DNA from: Lama guanicoe | Lineage: Eukaryota | Reading direction: 5' to 3' | Assembly: GCA_013239625.1 (NCBI GenBank) | Contig: MU053504.1 | Span: 2,178,607 to 2,242,606 of the forward strand | DNA length: 64,000 nt | Shown here: one piece after another, positions 1 through 11,800 of the stretch | Layout of the letters: the number at the start of each line of letters is the position of its first letter | Numbering within the stretch: position 1 is the stretch's first letter | The notes under the pieces: generated by a model | Databases searched by the model: none | The model's input: the letters and a program-made list of their open reading frames with translations, nothing else | Told to the model about the DNA's origin: nothing | Made by a program: the position numbers and the translations under genes

Positions 1-62
1 TTGAACCCAGGAGCTCATGAATACTAAGCATGTCCTCTACCACTGAGCTATACCCACCACCC
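1..62 (-). mobile_element. tRNA-derived SINE (camelid Vic-1-like), cut by the window edge
   Basis: Reverse complement has A-box TATAGCTCAGTGGTAGAG and B-box GGGTTCAA. Confidence 0.8.
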
Positions 63-1120
63 CTGAATTATATTTTTAAATGGCTATTGTATTTCATTGT
101 TTTTGTTCTCTTCAGAGATTCCAATTATGCACTAGTTGGCTCTCCTTTGCCTGTTATCCATAGCTGTCTTTAACATGGCAGATCCCAGAAAGCACAGAAA
201 AGAAAATCAGCTCCGGAAGATGAATCTCTTATTACAATGAGGTAGGAACTGCATCTCAGTGGCTCCACTGGACCCAGTTTAGCTTAACCTAGGCAAGAGC
301 CTGCAGGATGTGAAGTTCATGAGGTTCACCTGTGTAACTCAGATCTCTGCCTTCTGGTTGGTTTCAGGTCTTCCAACCATGTGGAGCTGGTCTATCCTTT
401 AGTATTCCAGTACCAGTTTCTTGAGCCCGCATCCTACCTGAAGTGGGATAGTCGGTACTGCCCCAGCACATCGTATGTGTCTCCTGGGCATCGCTTGTTC
501 TCCTCAGCTTTTGCGGCATTGTGACTTGGATCTCAGGGCATGTGACGACTCCTTTCTCTCTACCCTGATGTGTCTGCCCAGATGCAGAATACATGCTCTT
601 TCCCTTGATGCCCCCAAAGAATAGGGAATTTGGGAGTAGCAGACTTTTCCTAAAGTTTAAGGGGATAGAGGAGAGTTATCTTATAGAACAACAGAGCATA
701 AGACTTGAGACTGTCGTGTTCCCTGAAGTCTCTGAACCATTCCCCCCAAGGAGGTCTTCTCCTGGTTCCCTTGGAGCCTTGGCCTCCCATCAACTTTCAG
801 GCTGCTCCCTTCTTTTTTATTTTTTCACTAAAAATTGTTTTTCTTTCTTCTTTTTATTGTAAAATATGCATAACATAAAATTGACCACTTTAACAATTTT
901 TAAGTGTACGATTTAGTGGCATTAAGTACACTCACAGTATTGTATCTATTTTCAGAAGGCTTTCATCATTTAAAACAGAAACTCTGTACCCATTAAGCAG
1001 TAACTCCCTGTGCTCTCTTCTGTGCTCTCTGGTATCCAGCACCCTCATTTCTTTTCCTGTTTGCACCGGGCAGTTTAGGGCTCCACCCCCCCCACCTAAC
1101 TTGTTCCCAGGCCTACCTTT

Positions 1121-1200
1121 TCCCCCCCTTAACTGATTGAACCCAGGACCTCGTACATACCAAGCACACGCTCTACCACTGAGCTATACCCCTTGACCCT
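1121..1200 (-). mobile_element. tRNA-derived SINE
   Basis: gattgaacccaggacc...ctctaccactgagctatac; flanked by near-identical cccaggcct(a/g)ccttt target-site duplication (TSD). Confidence 0.8.
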
Positions 1201-3438
1201 CCCAGGCCTGCCTTTTGATAGCATAGCTGTGCCTCCTTAAAAAGGGGTGGGGGAAGGACTGTCTGGGGCTCCATCTTCAGCAGCTCAAAGCACATTTTCA
1301 GTTCTGCTTTGAAATCACAAACTCTTACAGGACATAATTAAATCTCAGGCAAGACTTCCTTCCACACTGTTATATGTAATGGAAAGATCTATCCTTCCCA
1401 AGGTGAGTCATTTGGTATATATTCCCCTTAAGAGGCAGGTATAGCTGTACTAATTTTTAACAGCTTTTTTCACCCCACCCCCATTATGTATGTTTATGTG
1501 TGTGTTATGTAGTTTAATACTTCTTTTTCCCATCAGGTTATAATCTCCAGGAGAATTTATATTGTGTCTTTTATTTTTTACATTTTACTTAACACCTGAC
1601 ATGGCACTGAGGCACATAGCAGCCACCCAATATATATTGAATGAATGCATGCATAAATAAAAAGGTGGTTTATAGGAGAGGCTTGGGGCCAGGGATTCTG
1701 CAACATCTCCATGTAGCAACTTTTTCTTTCTCCTGGGAAGCAGATAGAAACAACAGACTGTGTCTGTTGTCTCTCAAGGTTGGAGCTGCTCAGGATCATA
1801 AGTCCCTTTCCCAGAAGATAAGCTACTTGTTACAGCAAAGGAAACATCATGTAGCACTTGCAGGTTTCCTGCTGCAAGGCTCCCTGTGTTCGCAGGTTAT
1901 GCTGACTTGCTTTCTACACTTCTGCTAATGAATAGGAATGATCCTTCCCTTCAGTGTTCTGAGAGAGGTTAGAGTTACCACAGGCCTATGATTTCTGCCC
2001 CTGGGAAAGGTGAGTAAAAAAGTGGTCAGAACGCCTCCTCTTTCTGAAACAGTCACCTGGAAGTGGCTTTGTCCACCCTAATTGTGCAAGCCACATCAGC
2101 ATGAGGGTCCAGAAGTCTTTGGGCCAGTAGAGAATTCCCCTTCATGTAGAGCTGGAACCAGAGCATTTACTATCAGGGCATTGTTTGGGATTGATACTTG
2201 ATCAGAAGCAAAAGGACATTAAAACCCTTTGTCAGGTCTTTGGCTCATGTGACCCTATAATATCCAGGTGATGAAAACAAAGGAGCTCCTGGGCAAGAGG
2301 AGCCATCCTGGATTCCAAGAGGCCCTAAGGTAGGAGGCTGATAATGATCAGCAAACATTAATAACATTCCTATGTCCATGAATAATGAGTTAGTAAATAT
2401 AATGAAAGATAAGATCCCATTCGGGATAAAGACAAAAAATATAAAATACCTAGGATCAAACATAATTAGAAATACATTGGGTCTATACAAAGAAGATCTA
2501 TGAGCTATACTGAGATGCTAAAACCAGTGGGTGAAAGGTTGACGAGGAACAAGATTTGTACATAGCTTCTAAGTAACTTTCCATGAATTACTTATTAGCT
2601 AAAAATGGGGAAATGGTAAATTTTCGGTGGAGAAACTGGAGGGCACCCCCTTTATCAAGTGATCAAGGTGAACGTCCCCAGTAATGGGACAGACAGACAT
2701 CCTTTGTCTCCTGGATGTGCAGGAAGGACACAGTGCCATGTCTGAGCATTAAAAATGTTTAACCTGAATCTGATCAGGAGGAAACCAGACAAACCCAAAT
2801 AGAGGGAAATTCTCACTTGTACTCTTCAAAAATATCAAGGCAGTGAAAGGCCAAGGAACTGCTTCAGATTAAAGGAGAACCAAGAAACATGACAACTCAA
2901 GGCAGTATGAGTTTTCCTGAGTCAGGAAAAAATTGTTATTGTTGGGGCATTATTGAGACAGTGATGGGACCTGGAAGCCATAGACTTTGAAGGAATTCAT
3001 GAATAAAATTCACGGATTCTACAAACTTGGATGGGAAAAAAAAACTCCTTAAAAAGCTAATTATTTGAAATTAATATTTACTTCCTTTTAAAAAAATGTT
3101 TACAGTTTTATGATGTACAGTTGGCATACAATGAGCCAAATGACATAAAATGGAAATTTGTTTGTTTGTTTAATAAAGGAGAAGTAGCTGCTTCTCTCTT
3201 CACCTTAGAGTGTCTCTTAACAATGTCATAGGCCTGAACATTTGGTTAGGAATTAGATAAACCCAGTCTCTGAATTTCACAGTAAAGCCTTCTGACCTTA
3301 GAACTCTATTCATGAACCTCTGAAATTAACTCAGGAGTGAGGTGGATGGGAAACTATCACAAGTTTCATTCGTCTCCCAAGGAAATGAGAGAAAATTTAA
3401 TTGTTTTTTCTTCTTTTTTACATATATAAAATATGTGA

Positions 3439-3503
3439 TACTGAACACTGGAATTTGACACAACACTGTAAAATGATTATGAATCAATAAAAATGTAAAA
3501 AAA
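3439..3503 (+). mobile_element. Short L1 3'-end insertion
   Basis: Resembles the L1 tail at 33400-33452; A-tail; TSD aaaatatgtga at 3428-3438 and 3504-3514. Confidence 0.75.
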
Positions 3504-4854
3504 AAAATATGTGAAATGCAGCCCAGACTTTGTAGTGTCTTATGGAGTACCTGTATATTTGTAATCTGATCGCATTTTCAATAATAGTGTTTTATCTCTC
3601 CTCTGTTGGTACATAAAGTTCTTTCTGTTGGCAGGATTCCTTATTTCTCCAACATTACACATATTTAAAGTGTACAATTTGATGAGATTTGACATATTTA
3701 TATATCCATGAAACCATCACCACCATCAAGATAGTGAACATATCTATCATCTCTCCCCCAAAGTGTGCCTTTTGTAATTTCCTTCCTTTTTAAATATTGG
3801 CCACAAATGACAATGGTATTAGCAGGAGCTGAGACTTGGGTCACCAAAAGGAATTATGGATATTTTAATATCATGATAAGAGTTGATACAGATCATCTCA
3901 GATTATCGTCTATGCATGATACCTCTTAAATGTTTTATTTATTTACTGAAACATTTGTTTAATAATAATTATATTCCAATATTATTGGGACTTTAGTGTA
4001 ACCCTGTGTATCTTTAAAAACATTGTTCTGGCCTATGAACTATAAAGACAGACAGCCCAAAGAGTCACCGGCCTGAAGCAGGTTAAGTGCCCATGTTCTA
4101 AAGAAACAGAACAGCCTCATGTGTGAGACCCTTGTGTTGTGGCCTATAGGGCTGTTCCACAGGGAAGTCCCCACCTGTCCCCCTCAGAAGCAAGCCAAGA
4201 GGTGGATGTGCACAGAACTTCCCTGATGCTTCTTATTGCCTCACTCTTAATGCAAACACAGTTCACCAGACATTTGGGGAACGCCTACAACATAAAAAAG
4301 AAGCTAGATGAGCAAACAGCAAGAAATAGTTTCAGAGGAAGACCATGCAGGGAAAATAAGAGAATTTTTTTTAAAATTAAAAGGCTTTCTAATTTCTTTT
4401 CTCAGTAATGAGGTTCAAGAAGATATCACATCCATAAAGATACATTAAAGTGAGAAAAGCAAGGACAGATGTGTAATAAGCTGATAATTTTTGTGCAAAC
4501 AATTACTTGGTTCCCTTGGAATAGAAACTGCATGGTTGAGGCACAAAGGTGAAAGTCAAGGATGTATAGCTGCTGTATTGCATATTTTAAAATAAAGATG
4601 TTAAAACGTAAAAAAAAAAACAGAAAACAAGAATAGATTATCCGAAAATAAACGTATTATTCCTTATGTTAAAAATTAATTAGAAGATTTGGAAAATAAA
4701 GTTAAGGAATTAAGGAACCTAAAAGAAGGACAAAATAAAGGAACAGAAAAGGGAAGATACAGGGAATCTTGTCACTCTGCACAAAAAAGAAGCAGGGTAC
4801 TTAGGATTTGTTGGTTAGTTCCAGAAGTGGGAGGCATGGTGGGTGCTGTGGACT

Positions 4855-5310
4855 AGTGTGGTAGATTGCCCTGACTTTTTGACCCATCCTTTATTCACAC
4901 CCTTGCAAGAGATAGAGTCTATTTCCACTCCCCTTGAATCTGGGCCAGCCTTATGACTTGCTTTGGTTAATACAATTTGGTAGAATTAATGTGCCATTTT
5001 GGAGCCTAGGCCTGAAGAGCATTTTGCTCCTTCTTCGAAAGCTGCCCAGCCTAGGCTAGGCCGCTGGAGGAGGAGAGACCACATGGAGCAGAGAGGATCC
5101 ATCGCAGCTGAGCCCATCCTAGGCCAGTCAGTTCCCAACAGAATTGGCAGCTGACTGCAAGGGCTCTAGTGAGCCCAGATTAGATGAGAACTTCCTAGCT
5201 AAGCCCAGCCCCAAATTACCAACCCACAGAAGCGTGAGCTAAGTAAATGGTTGCTATTTTGGTCTGTAACATTTTGCAGTAGCTTTTTTACTCAGCAAAA
5301 GCCAACTGAT
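4855..5310 (+). mobile_element. MaLR (MLT1-type) solo LTR
   Basis: tgtggtag start, cccttgaatctgggc..ccttatgacttgctttgg core, and cagcaaaagccaactgata end typical of MLT1; subfamily not determined. Confidence 0.65.
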
Positions 5311-5744
5311 AGAACTAGCTCCTTCTACTTCCTTATAGAGTGTATTCCTATATTGGGCAGAGCCTGGAAGGTAAAAAATTAGACTCCTTTGCAGCTACAG
5401 TTAACAATATTAAGATCTGACAATGAGATGCCCCACCAGAGATTGGGGGTGGAGGGGCAGAGATCATCTTTCTGCTGTCACTTCTGCTGACAGCAAGGAC
5501 ACAAAGATGTGAAGGTCTCACATCTCCGTAGCCAGACTCAGCATATTCCTACATCAGCCAGATTTTGAGACAGAGCCATGTGGAGCTGGGGGTGGCAGCA
5601 GTGGCCTTCTTGCTTCTGACCACGGCTATGGTGATGTGCTCTTGAACTCTGATACTCCACGGCAGCCTCCTGACTCCTGCCTCTTCAGACTTCCTTCACC
5701 ATTTTGCAACCAATTCCCTGTATTAAATTCCTTCCTGTGAAAAA

Positions 5745-6345
5745 ACTGACCATGTCAAGTGTTGGTGAAGAAGAGGACCGTACTGGAGCACCTGGAACCA
5801 TCAGTGTACTGCTGGTGGGAGTGGAAAGTGGTGCAATCATTTTGGAGAGTTGTTTGGAACCTTCTTATACAGCTAGGCATACTCTATCCTATTGTCCAGC
5901 AGTTTTAAAATGAGGTGTTAACGCCACAAAAATATTTACATGTGAATATTCATAGGAGCTTTATTCCTAATAGCCCAAACCCCGAAAAGCCCAAATATTC
6001 CATTAAAAGCAGAATGAATGAACAAATTGTGCTATATTCATATAAAAGGCTTAGCAATGAAAGCAAACAAACTCCTGATACTTGGCACAACATAGATGGA
6101 TGTCAAAAACGTGTGAAAGATGCCAGACATAAAACTATGTCTTATGTGATTCCATTTATATTAAATTCAGGAACAGGCAAAACTATGATGATGGAATCAG
6201 AATCATGATTGGGGATGGAGATTGATAAATGAGTACAAGGGAACTTTCTGGGGAGATGGGAATATTCTACACTTTGATCTAGGAGCTGGTTACACAGGTA
6301 TTTAGGAATTTCAGGAACTCTGCTATCTCACTTTAAAGGCGTGTC
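5745..6345 (+). mobile_element. Old L1 3' fragment
   Basis: ctgctggtgggagtg..aagtggtgcaatcattttgga; gtgattccatttata; ggaactttctggggagatggg. Confidence 0.65.
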
Positions 6346-7334
6346 CTGCCTTGTACTCATTTTCCGGTTTTTCCCCAAACTCCAAGTACGTGTCTGTTGC
6401 CAAGCAACTTACGTCAGTAGTTCTCAGAAAGGAGGGCCAGGATGGCGGCCCCTGAGTGGCACGTGACGAGCAACCTGATGTTCTGAGGCTGAGAATGAGG
6501 CAAGACGGGACCCGGAAGTAGCTGGCTGTGGCAGGCACTGACCCATGAGCTGACATGGGCCAAGTCCCTTCTTTGTCCTGTGACCCCTGAGAGATAAGGA
6601 GACTTATACGGGACCCTGTTACATCAGACTATGGCTTGAACCTTCTCATGTGCCTGGTCAAGGCAAGGGTGCCTGCAGGAAGCCAGAGGACTCAGAAGCT
6701 CAGTACTGTAGAAAAGAAAATACCAGAAGAAAAGACACCAGAGTGTCTAGCAGTTTTTTTTTTTTTTGAGTAATGGTATTATGAGTATGGATTTTGGTTT
6801 TCTTCATCAAACATTTCTGTTTTTCCTCATATTAACTATATAAGCATGTGTCCTTTTTTGTAATAAAATTGACTGTGAAAATCAAATCATTTAAAGAATA
6901 ACAGTTTAAAAACTTACTTGAAATGAGGTTGTATACGCAGGGATTATATTTTGTTTTTCAGTCATGGGAGTTCCCTGAAGGGACTCAGACATGAGAAGAT
7001 GTCCTTGTTTGGGGCCTTCTGGCACGATCTTGGGCCTGAGTTTCTCTATGGGGGGGAATGTGAGCTGGTAGTTGTTATCCCATGTGAGCCACATCCCTCC
7101 TTGGTGCACTGGCCTAGAGATGTGGGCCACCTGCCTAGGGGTGAACTTTATGGGGGAGGGGACCTCCAAGGACCTCAAAGGGGAAGGGGTGACCTGGATT
7201 ATAGATCACTTTCTGGACTTCCCTTCCACTAGTAAATGGACAATGATCAATAAATTCTATTCATGAAATACAGTGGAATGCAATCAACAGTAAAGATAAA
7301 ATAATATCAATAGCCAGATAGGGTCAAAAGATGA

Positions 7335-7990
7335 TTTTTAAATTTTATTTCACTTAAGAACTTTTCATTTTGAAGTAATTTCAGACTTACAAAGCAGTTG
7401 CAAAAATAATACACATGTTTACATCTTACATAACCACAGTACAGTGACCAAAACCAGACCATTAACAGTGATTGATATTAACTAATCCAAAGGCCTTAGT
7501 AAGAGTTTATCATTTGTCCCATTGATGTCCTTTTTCAATTTCAGGGTCCAACCCAAAATTCCACATTGCTTTTAGTTGTTAACTCTCTTTATTTTTTCTT
7601 TAATCTGGAGTGGTTCCTCAGTCTTTCCTTGTCTTTCATGGCATTGACATTTTTAGAGTTACTCTGTGGATCAGTGCTATCCAGGACAACCTTTTAAAAA
7701 ATTGTCCAATAGAACTTTCAGGGATGATAGAAGTACCTGTATCTGTGCTGTCCAATATGATAGGCATTAGCCACATGAAAATAGCATCTGAAATGTGGCT
7801 GGTGGTGCTGAGGTACTGAAGTTTATATTTTTTAAAATTTTAATTGAAATAGCTACATGTGGCAAGTGGCTACTGTATTGGACAGGACAGCTGTTGACTG
7901 TCCCTCGTTTTGGGTTTGTTTAATGTTTCCTCATAATTCACTTCAGATTACAGGTTTCTGCAAGAATACCATAGATGTGATGCTGTACTC
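7335..7990. mobile_element. Old L1 3' fragment (minus) with nested MER3-like DNA element (~7700-7890)
   Basis: ttttgaagtaatttcagacttaca L1 tail; tgtccaatagaactttc...gctacatgtggcaagtggctactgtattggaca MER3-like motifs. Confidence 0.55.
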
Positions 7991-8244
7991 TCCTTTGGTT
8001 CCCCGACAAAGGAGACAAAACCACGGAGGCCTAGATTTTTTTCCCTATCGCTGTGCCTAGCTCAGCATGGCACAGGTGCCCTGTACATCACTGCACTTGT
8101 TTCTCTCTCTCCCTGCACTAGAAGCATCCTGAGGGCAGGGCTTATGTTGTGTTCATCTTTGCATGCCCTGCGCCTGTCACAGTGTCTGGCACTTAGGAAG
8201 TTGCTCGGTTGAGTTTACCGGATGAGTGAATCATAGGCCTGGAT

Positions 8245-8930
8245 TTTTATTGTGGCAAAATATACATAAAATTTACCATTTTAACCATTTTTAAGTGTAA
8301 AGTTCTGTGGCATTAAGTACATTCACATTGTTGTGCATCCATTTCCAGAACTTTTTTCATCTTCCCCAACGGAAAGTCTCTACCCATTAGACACTAACTG
8401 TCCATTCTCCATTGCCTCAAGCCCCTGGCAAGCACCATTCTACATTCTACTCTATGAATTTGACTACTCTAGGTCCCTCATGTAACTGGAGTCATACAAT
8501 ATTTGTCTTTTTGTGACTGGGTTACTTCACTTAGCATAAATTCTTCAGAGTTCATGTTATAGCATGTGTTAGAGTTTTTTTCCTTTTTAAGGCTGAATAA
8601 TATTCCATTGTGTGTATATACTACATTTGGTTTTATCCATTCATCCATTGATAGACATTTGGGTTGCTTCTACCTTTTGCCTGTTGTGAATAATGTCGCT
8701 ATGAATGTGGGTGTAGAAACATCTGTTTGAAGTCCCTGCTTTCATTTCTTTGGGTATGTATCCGAGAGTGCAATTGCTGGATCCTATGGCACGTCTATTT
8801 TTAATTTTTTGAGGAACCGCCATATTGTTTTCCATAGCAGTTGCACCATTTCACATTCCCACCAGCAATGTACAAGCATTCCATGCCAACAACTGTCATT
8901 TTTAAAAAAATAATAGCCATCCTAATGGTT
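8245..8930 (-). mobile_element. L1 3' fragment
   Basis: Minus-strand [17 protein letters not shown] resembles the L1 ORF2 C-terminal region; gctgaataatattccattgtgtg. Confidence 0.8.
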
Positions 8931-8934
8931 GATA

Positions 8935-9297
8935 TTTGTTATAGACGGAATGTTTATGTCCACTGCACCCTCCGCATTCATATATTGAAAACTAATCTCC
9001 AAAGTGATGGTATTTGGAGGTGGGGTCTTTGGGAGGTGATTAGGTTATAAAGGTGAAGCCCTCAAAGAGAATTAGTGCTTTTTTAAGAGACCCAGAGAGC
9101 TCCCTTTTTCTTTCTGTATGTGAGGACACAGTGAGAACACTGTCTTTGAACCAGGAAGTGGGCCCTTATCAGACATCTAATGTGCTGGCACCTCACTCTT
9201 AGCCTTCCCAGCCTCCAACACTGAGAAATAAATGTTTGTTGTTTAAGCCACCCAGCCTATGATATTTTTGTTAGAGCAGCCCAAATGGACTAAGTCA
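8935..9297 (+). mobile_element. MaLR LTR (MLT1A/MST-type)
   Basis: gaatgtttatgtcc..gtatttggaggtggggtctttgggaggtgattagg..ttgtttaagccacccag..gcagcccaaatggactaag. Confidence 0.75.
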
Positions 9298-10399
9298 GAG
9301 TATCTTTGATTTTGAGGAAGCTGCACCAGGTCCAGCAAAGACAGGGGTGACAACTGCTTTTGGAAGCCAGACAGCATACTTCCAATATTCTTCCTGCGAG
9401 AATTGGATATGAGGTCACTGGATTTGGGGCAGGTAGCAGGCAGGAGTAATTCTCAAACTAATCAACATTCAACCTGTCTTGGCTAAACAAGGCAGAGCTG
9501 GCTTTATCACAGTTAGTTGAGTTCAGGTGTGACATTAACACCATTCTGTAAATGCTGAATGTTGTGAAATATCCACAGGGTTACCACATAAGGTAATATA
9601 AAAAAAAAAAAGGTGTTCAGGTATCTTTCTATGATTCAGTTTGGGAGCACTGGCTTTGAAGATAGGCATTTACACATGATCCTGGCCCAAACTCTTACTC
9701 CTCAGTTGTCTTTTTTTTTTCTTTTAAGTTGCAGTAAAGGTGTAACAATCTTAAGTGTACAGTTTATGCATTTTTTACGTATGTGCAAGCCCAAGTACTC
9801 ACCACTTACATCAAGATACAGAACATTTCCATCATCCTAGAAGGCTCTCTGGTACCCAACCCCTCAACACCCCCCAGAGATAGCCAGTGATATAATTTCT
9901 ATTTATGTAGATGAGTTTTGCCAGTTTTTGAATCTTATCTTACCTTGTGACTTGGAGCAAACAGCATGTACTCTTTGTGCTTGGTTGGTTAGCCATGATG
10001 CCTTTTCATCCTGGTAAGATTGATCCGTGTTGTGTTTATCAATAGTTTGTTTCTCTTGTCTGTTCTTTTTCACTGCTGTATATGACACGGTTTGTCTCCA
10101 TTTTCCTGCTGATGGACATTTGCGTTGTTTCTAGAGCTTGCCTATTATGAATAAAGCCACTATGAACGTTCGCTATCGTGCCTGTTTCTAGGTGGACCCA
10201 TAGGTCACTCAGGAGTGGTTGCTGGGTGATACGGTTGGCGTACGTTTAACTTAAGAAAAGCCATTTCCCCAAATCTTTTGATCTCTCTTTAAAACAGGAA
10301 AAAAGAAACCTCTACTTGGTTATTTTGAGAATACTTAATGGGCCCTAAGATGTAAGACTTTTAAGTCTGTACCTGGAAGCGAGCACTCAATAATTCCTG

Positions 10400-11800
10400 G
10401 CCTCTGCCCCAGCAGGGGTGAGGCGGTTGGCGAGCACTGCGGAGAGGTACCGCCCCAAATCCTTGGGCGGAGAGGACTTTCCCACGCAGCACTCAAGGCC
10501 CACACCGGAAGTGCCTGGCGAGCCAACTTTGGCGCCCCTGCCCTGTATATACCTACCTGTCCCCAAATTCCCCCCTCCGCCCCCGCCACTCCTTCCTGCC
10601 TCCTCAAGCCCAGTGGGAGCGTCGCCTGGCTGTGTTCTCGCGCCCTTGTGAGCTTTGTGTGTCACCCAATGTTTACGGAGCACTCTGTGTGCTGGGCCCT
10701 GGGCGCCCAGGAGCGAACGACATAAAGACCCTCACCCCATAAATTACTCGGCAGGAGGGAGGGGTAGCTTTGCGTAGGAAGCGTCGGGACCGAGTCTGCC
10801 ACAGTTTCTACTTGGTTTCTAGCCAGACCCTTGGAGAATTCCCCTGGAAGTTGCTCGAGAGGAACAAAAAAAGATCATTTGCTCCTCCGCGCCCCAGCAG
10901 GAACCAAGGCCAGTCCCGAGTGCGTGTCCAGCGCGTCCAGGCCCCTAAACCGAGGCCAAGCGCCTGCCCCCGCCGCCCTGAGGATCCAGCTCGCCCGGAA
11001 GCCCCGCCCCCGCCGTTTGGCCTATGGCCGCTCGGCCCCGGCCCTGCCCCTCCCTCCCTCCCTGCCGTGGAGGGTTCCGGGCTGTCCTCGATCGAAGGCT
11101 GGTCGCCTGACCGCGAATACCCAAGGTAAGAACGCTGCGCCGGGAGCTCTGTCCTCTCAGCTCAGGGCGCACGGACGTCCTTCCGGAAGGTGGCCTGCGG
11201 TGCAGGAGCCGAATGGGACTCGGGAGTCCTCCAGGCGCGTGGGCCGTGGGGCGCGCGGGGGGCCAGGAAGAGTGGGTCCTAATTAAGGCACGTGGGTCGG
11301 GGCATCGAGGGCTCCGCGCGCCGCGTCTTGCACCAGGGACTCGGGGGGTGGGGGGAGTGGCGCGGGGCGTCTGCTCGGGCTGAAGGGGAGGTGGGGGCGG
11401 AAGGAGTCGGGTGCTGGCTGCTGAGCTCTTCCAGCCGCTGGCAGGCCCAGGGTGACCTCCAGGCGAGGCCTATCCCGGGTGCGCCAACCCCTGGCGGCCG
11501 CGGCCGCGCTTGCGGGTCGAGGGCTGCCGCCCTCCCCTGGGTCTTGACTATTCCCCGTGGTGACACCTGTTCAGAACGGCCTCTTGGCGCTCCCCGGACC
11601 TAGATCTGGCCCAGGAATTCAGAAATAGGCCCTGAGGCTATGAGGCCTCGTCCCTTCCGGGCGGGTGGAGTTTTCCTTCTGGAAAGCGCTTGGAGCCTCA
11701 GGAGCAGTGGGGTCGGAGTCGCTCCTTGCCGTGGCGGTCCGAAACACTCCGCCGGGAATCTTCTGTGAGACGGCAAGAGGGCGCCAGGAAAACACTGGAA
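10400..11800. promoter_or_regulatory. CpG-island promoter of MAVS
   Basis: High GC and CpG density; ETS motifs CCGGAAGT (10505-10512) and CCGGAAG (~10995-11001); GC boxes GCCCCGCCCC (11001-11010); lies around the first exon. Confidence 0.85.
11010..11125 (+). other. MAVS: MAVS non-coding exon 1 (5' end approximate)
   Basis: Strong donor CCAAG|GTAAGA at 11125/11126 inside the CpG island; resembles the recalled end of human exon 1 (TACCCGAG|gt). Confidence 0.7.
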
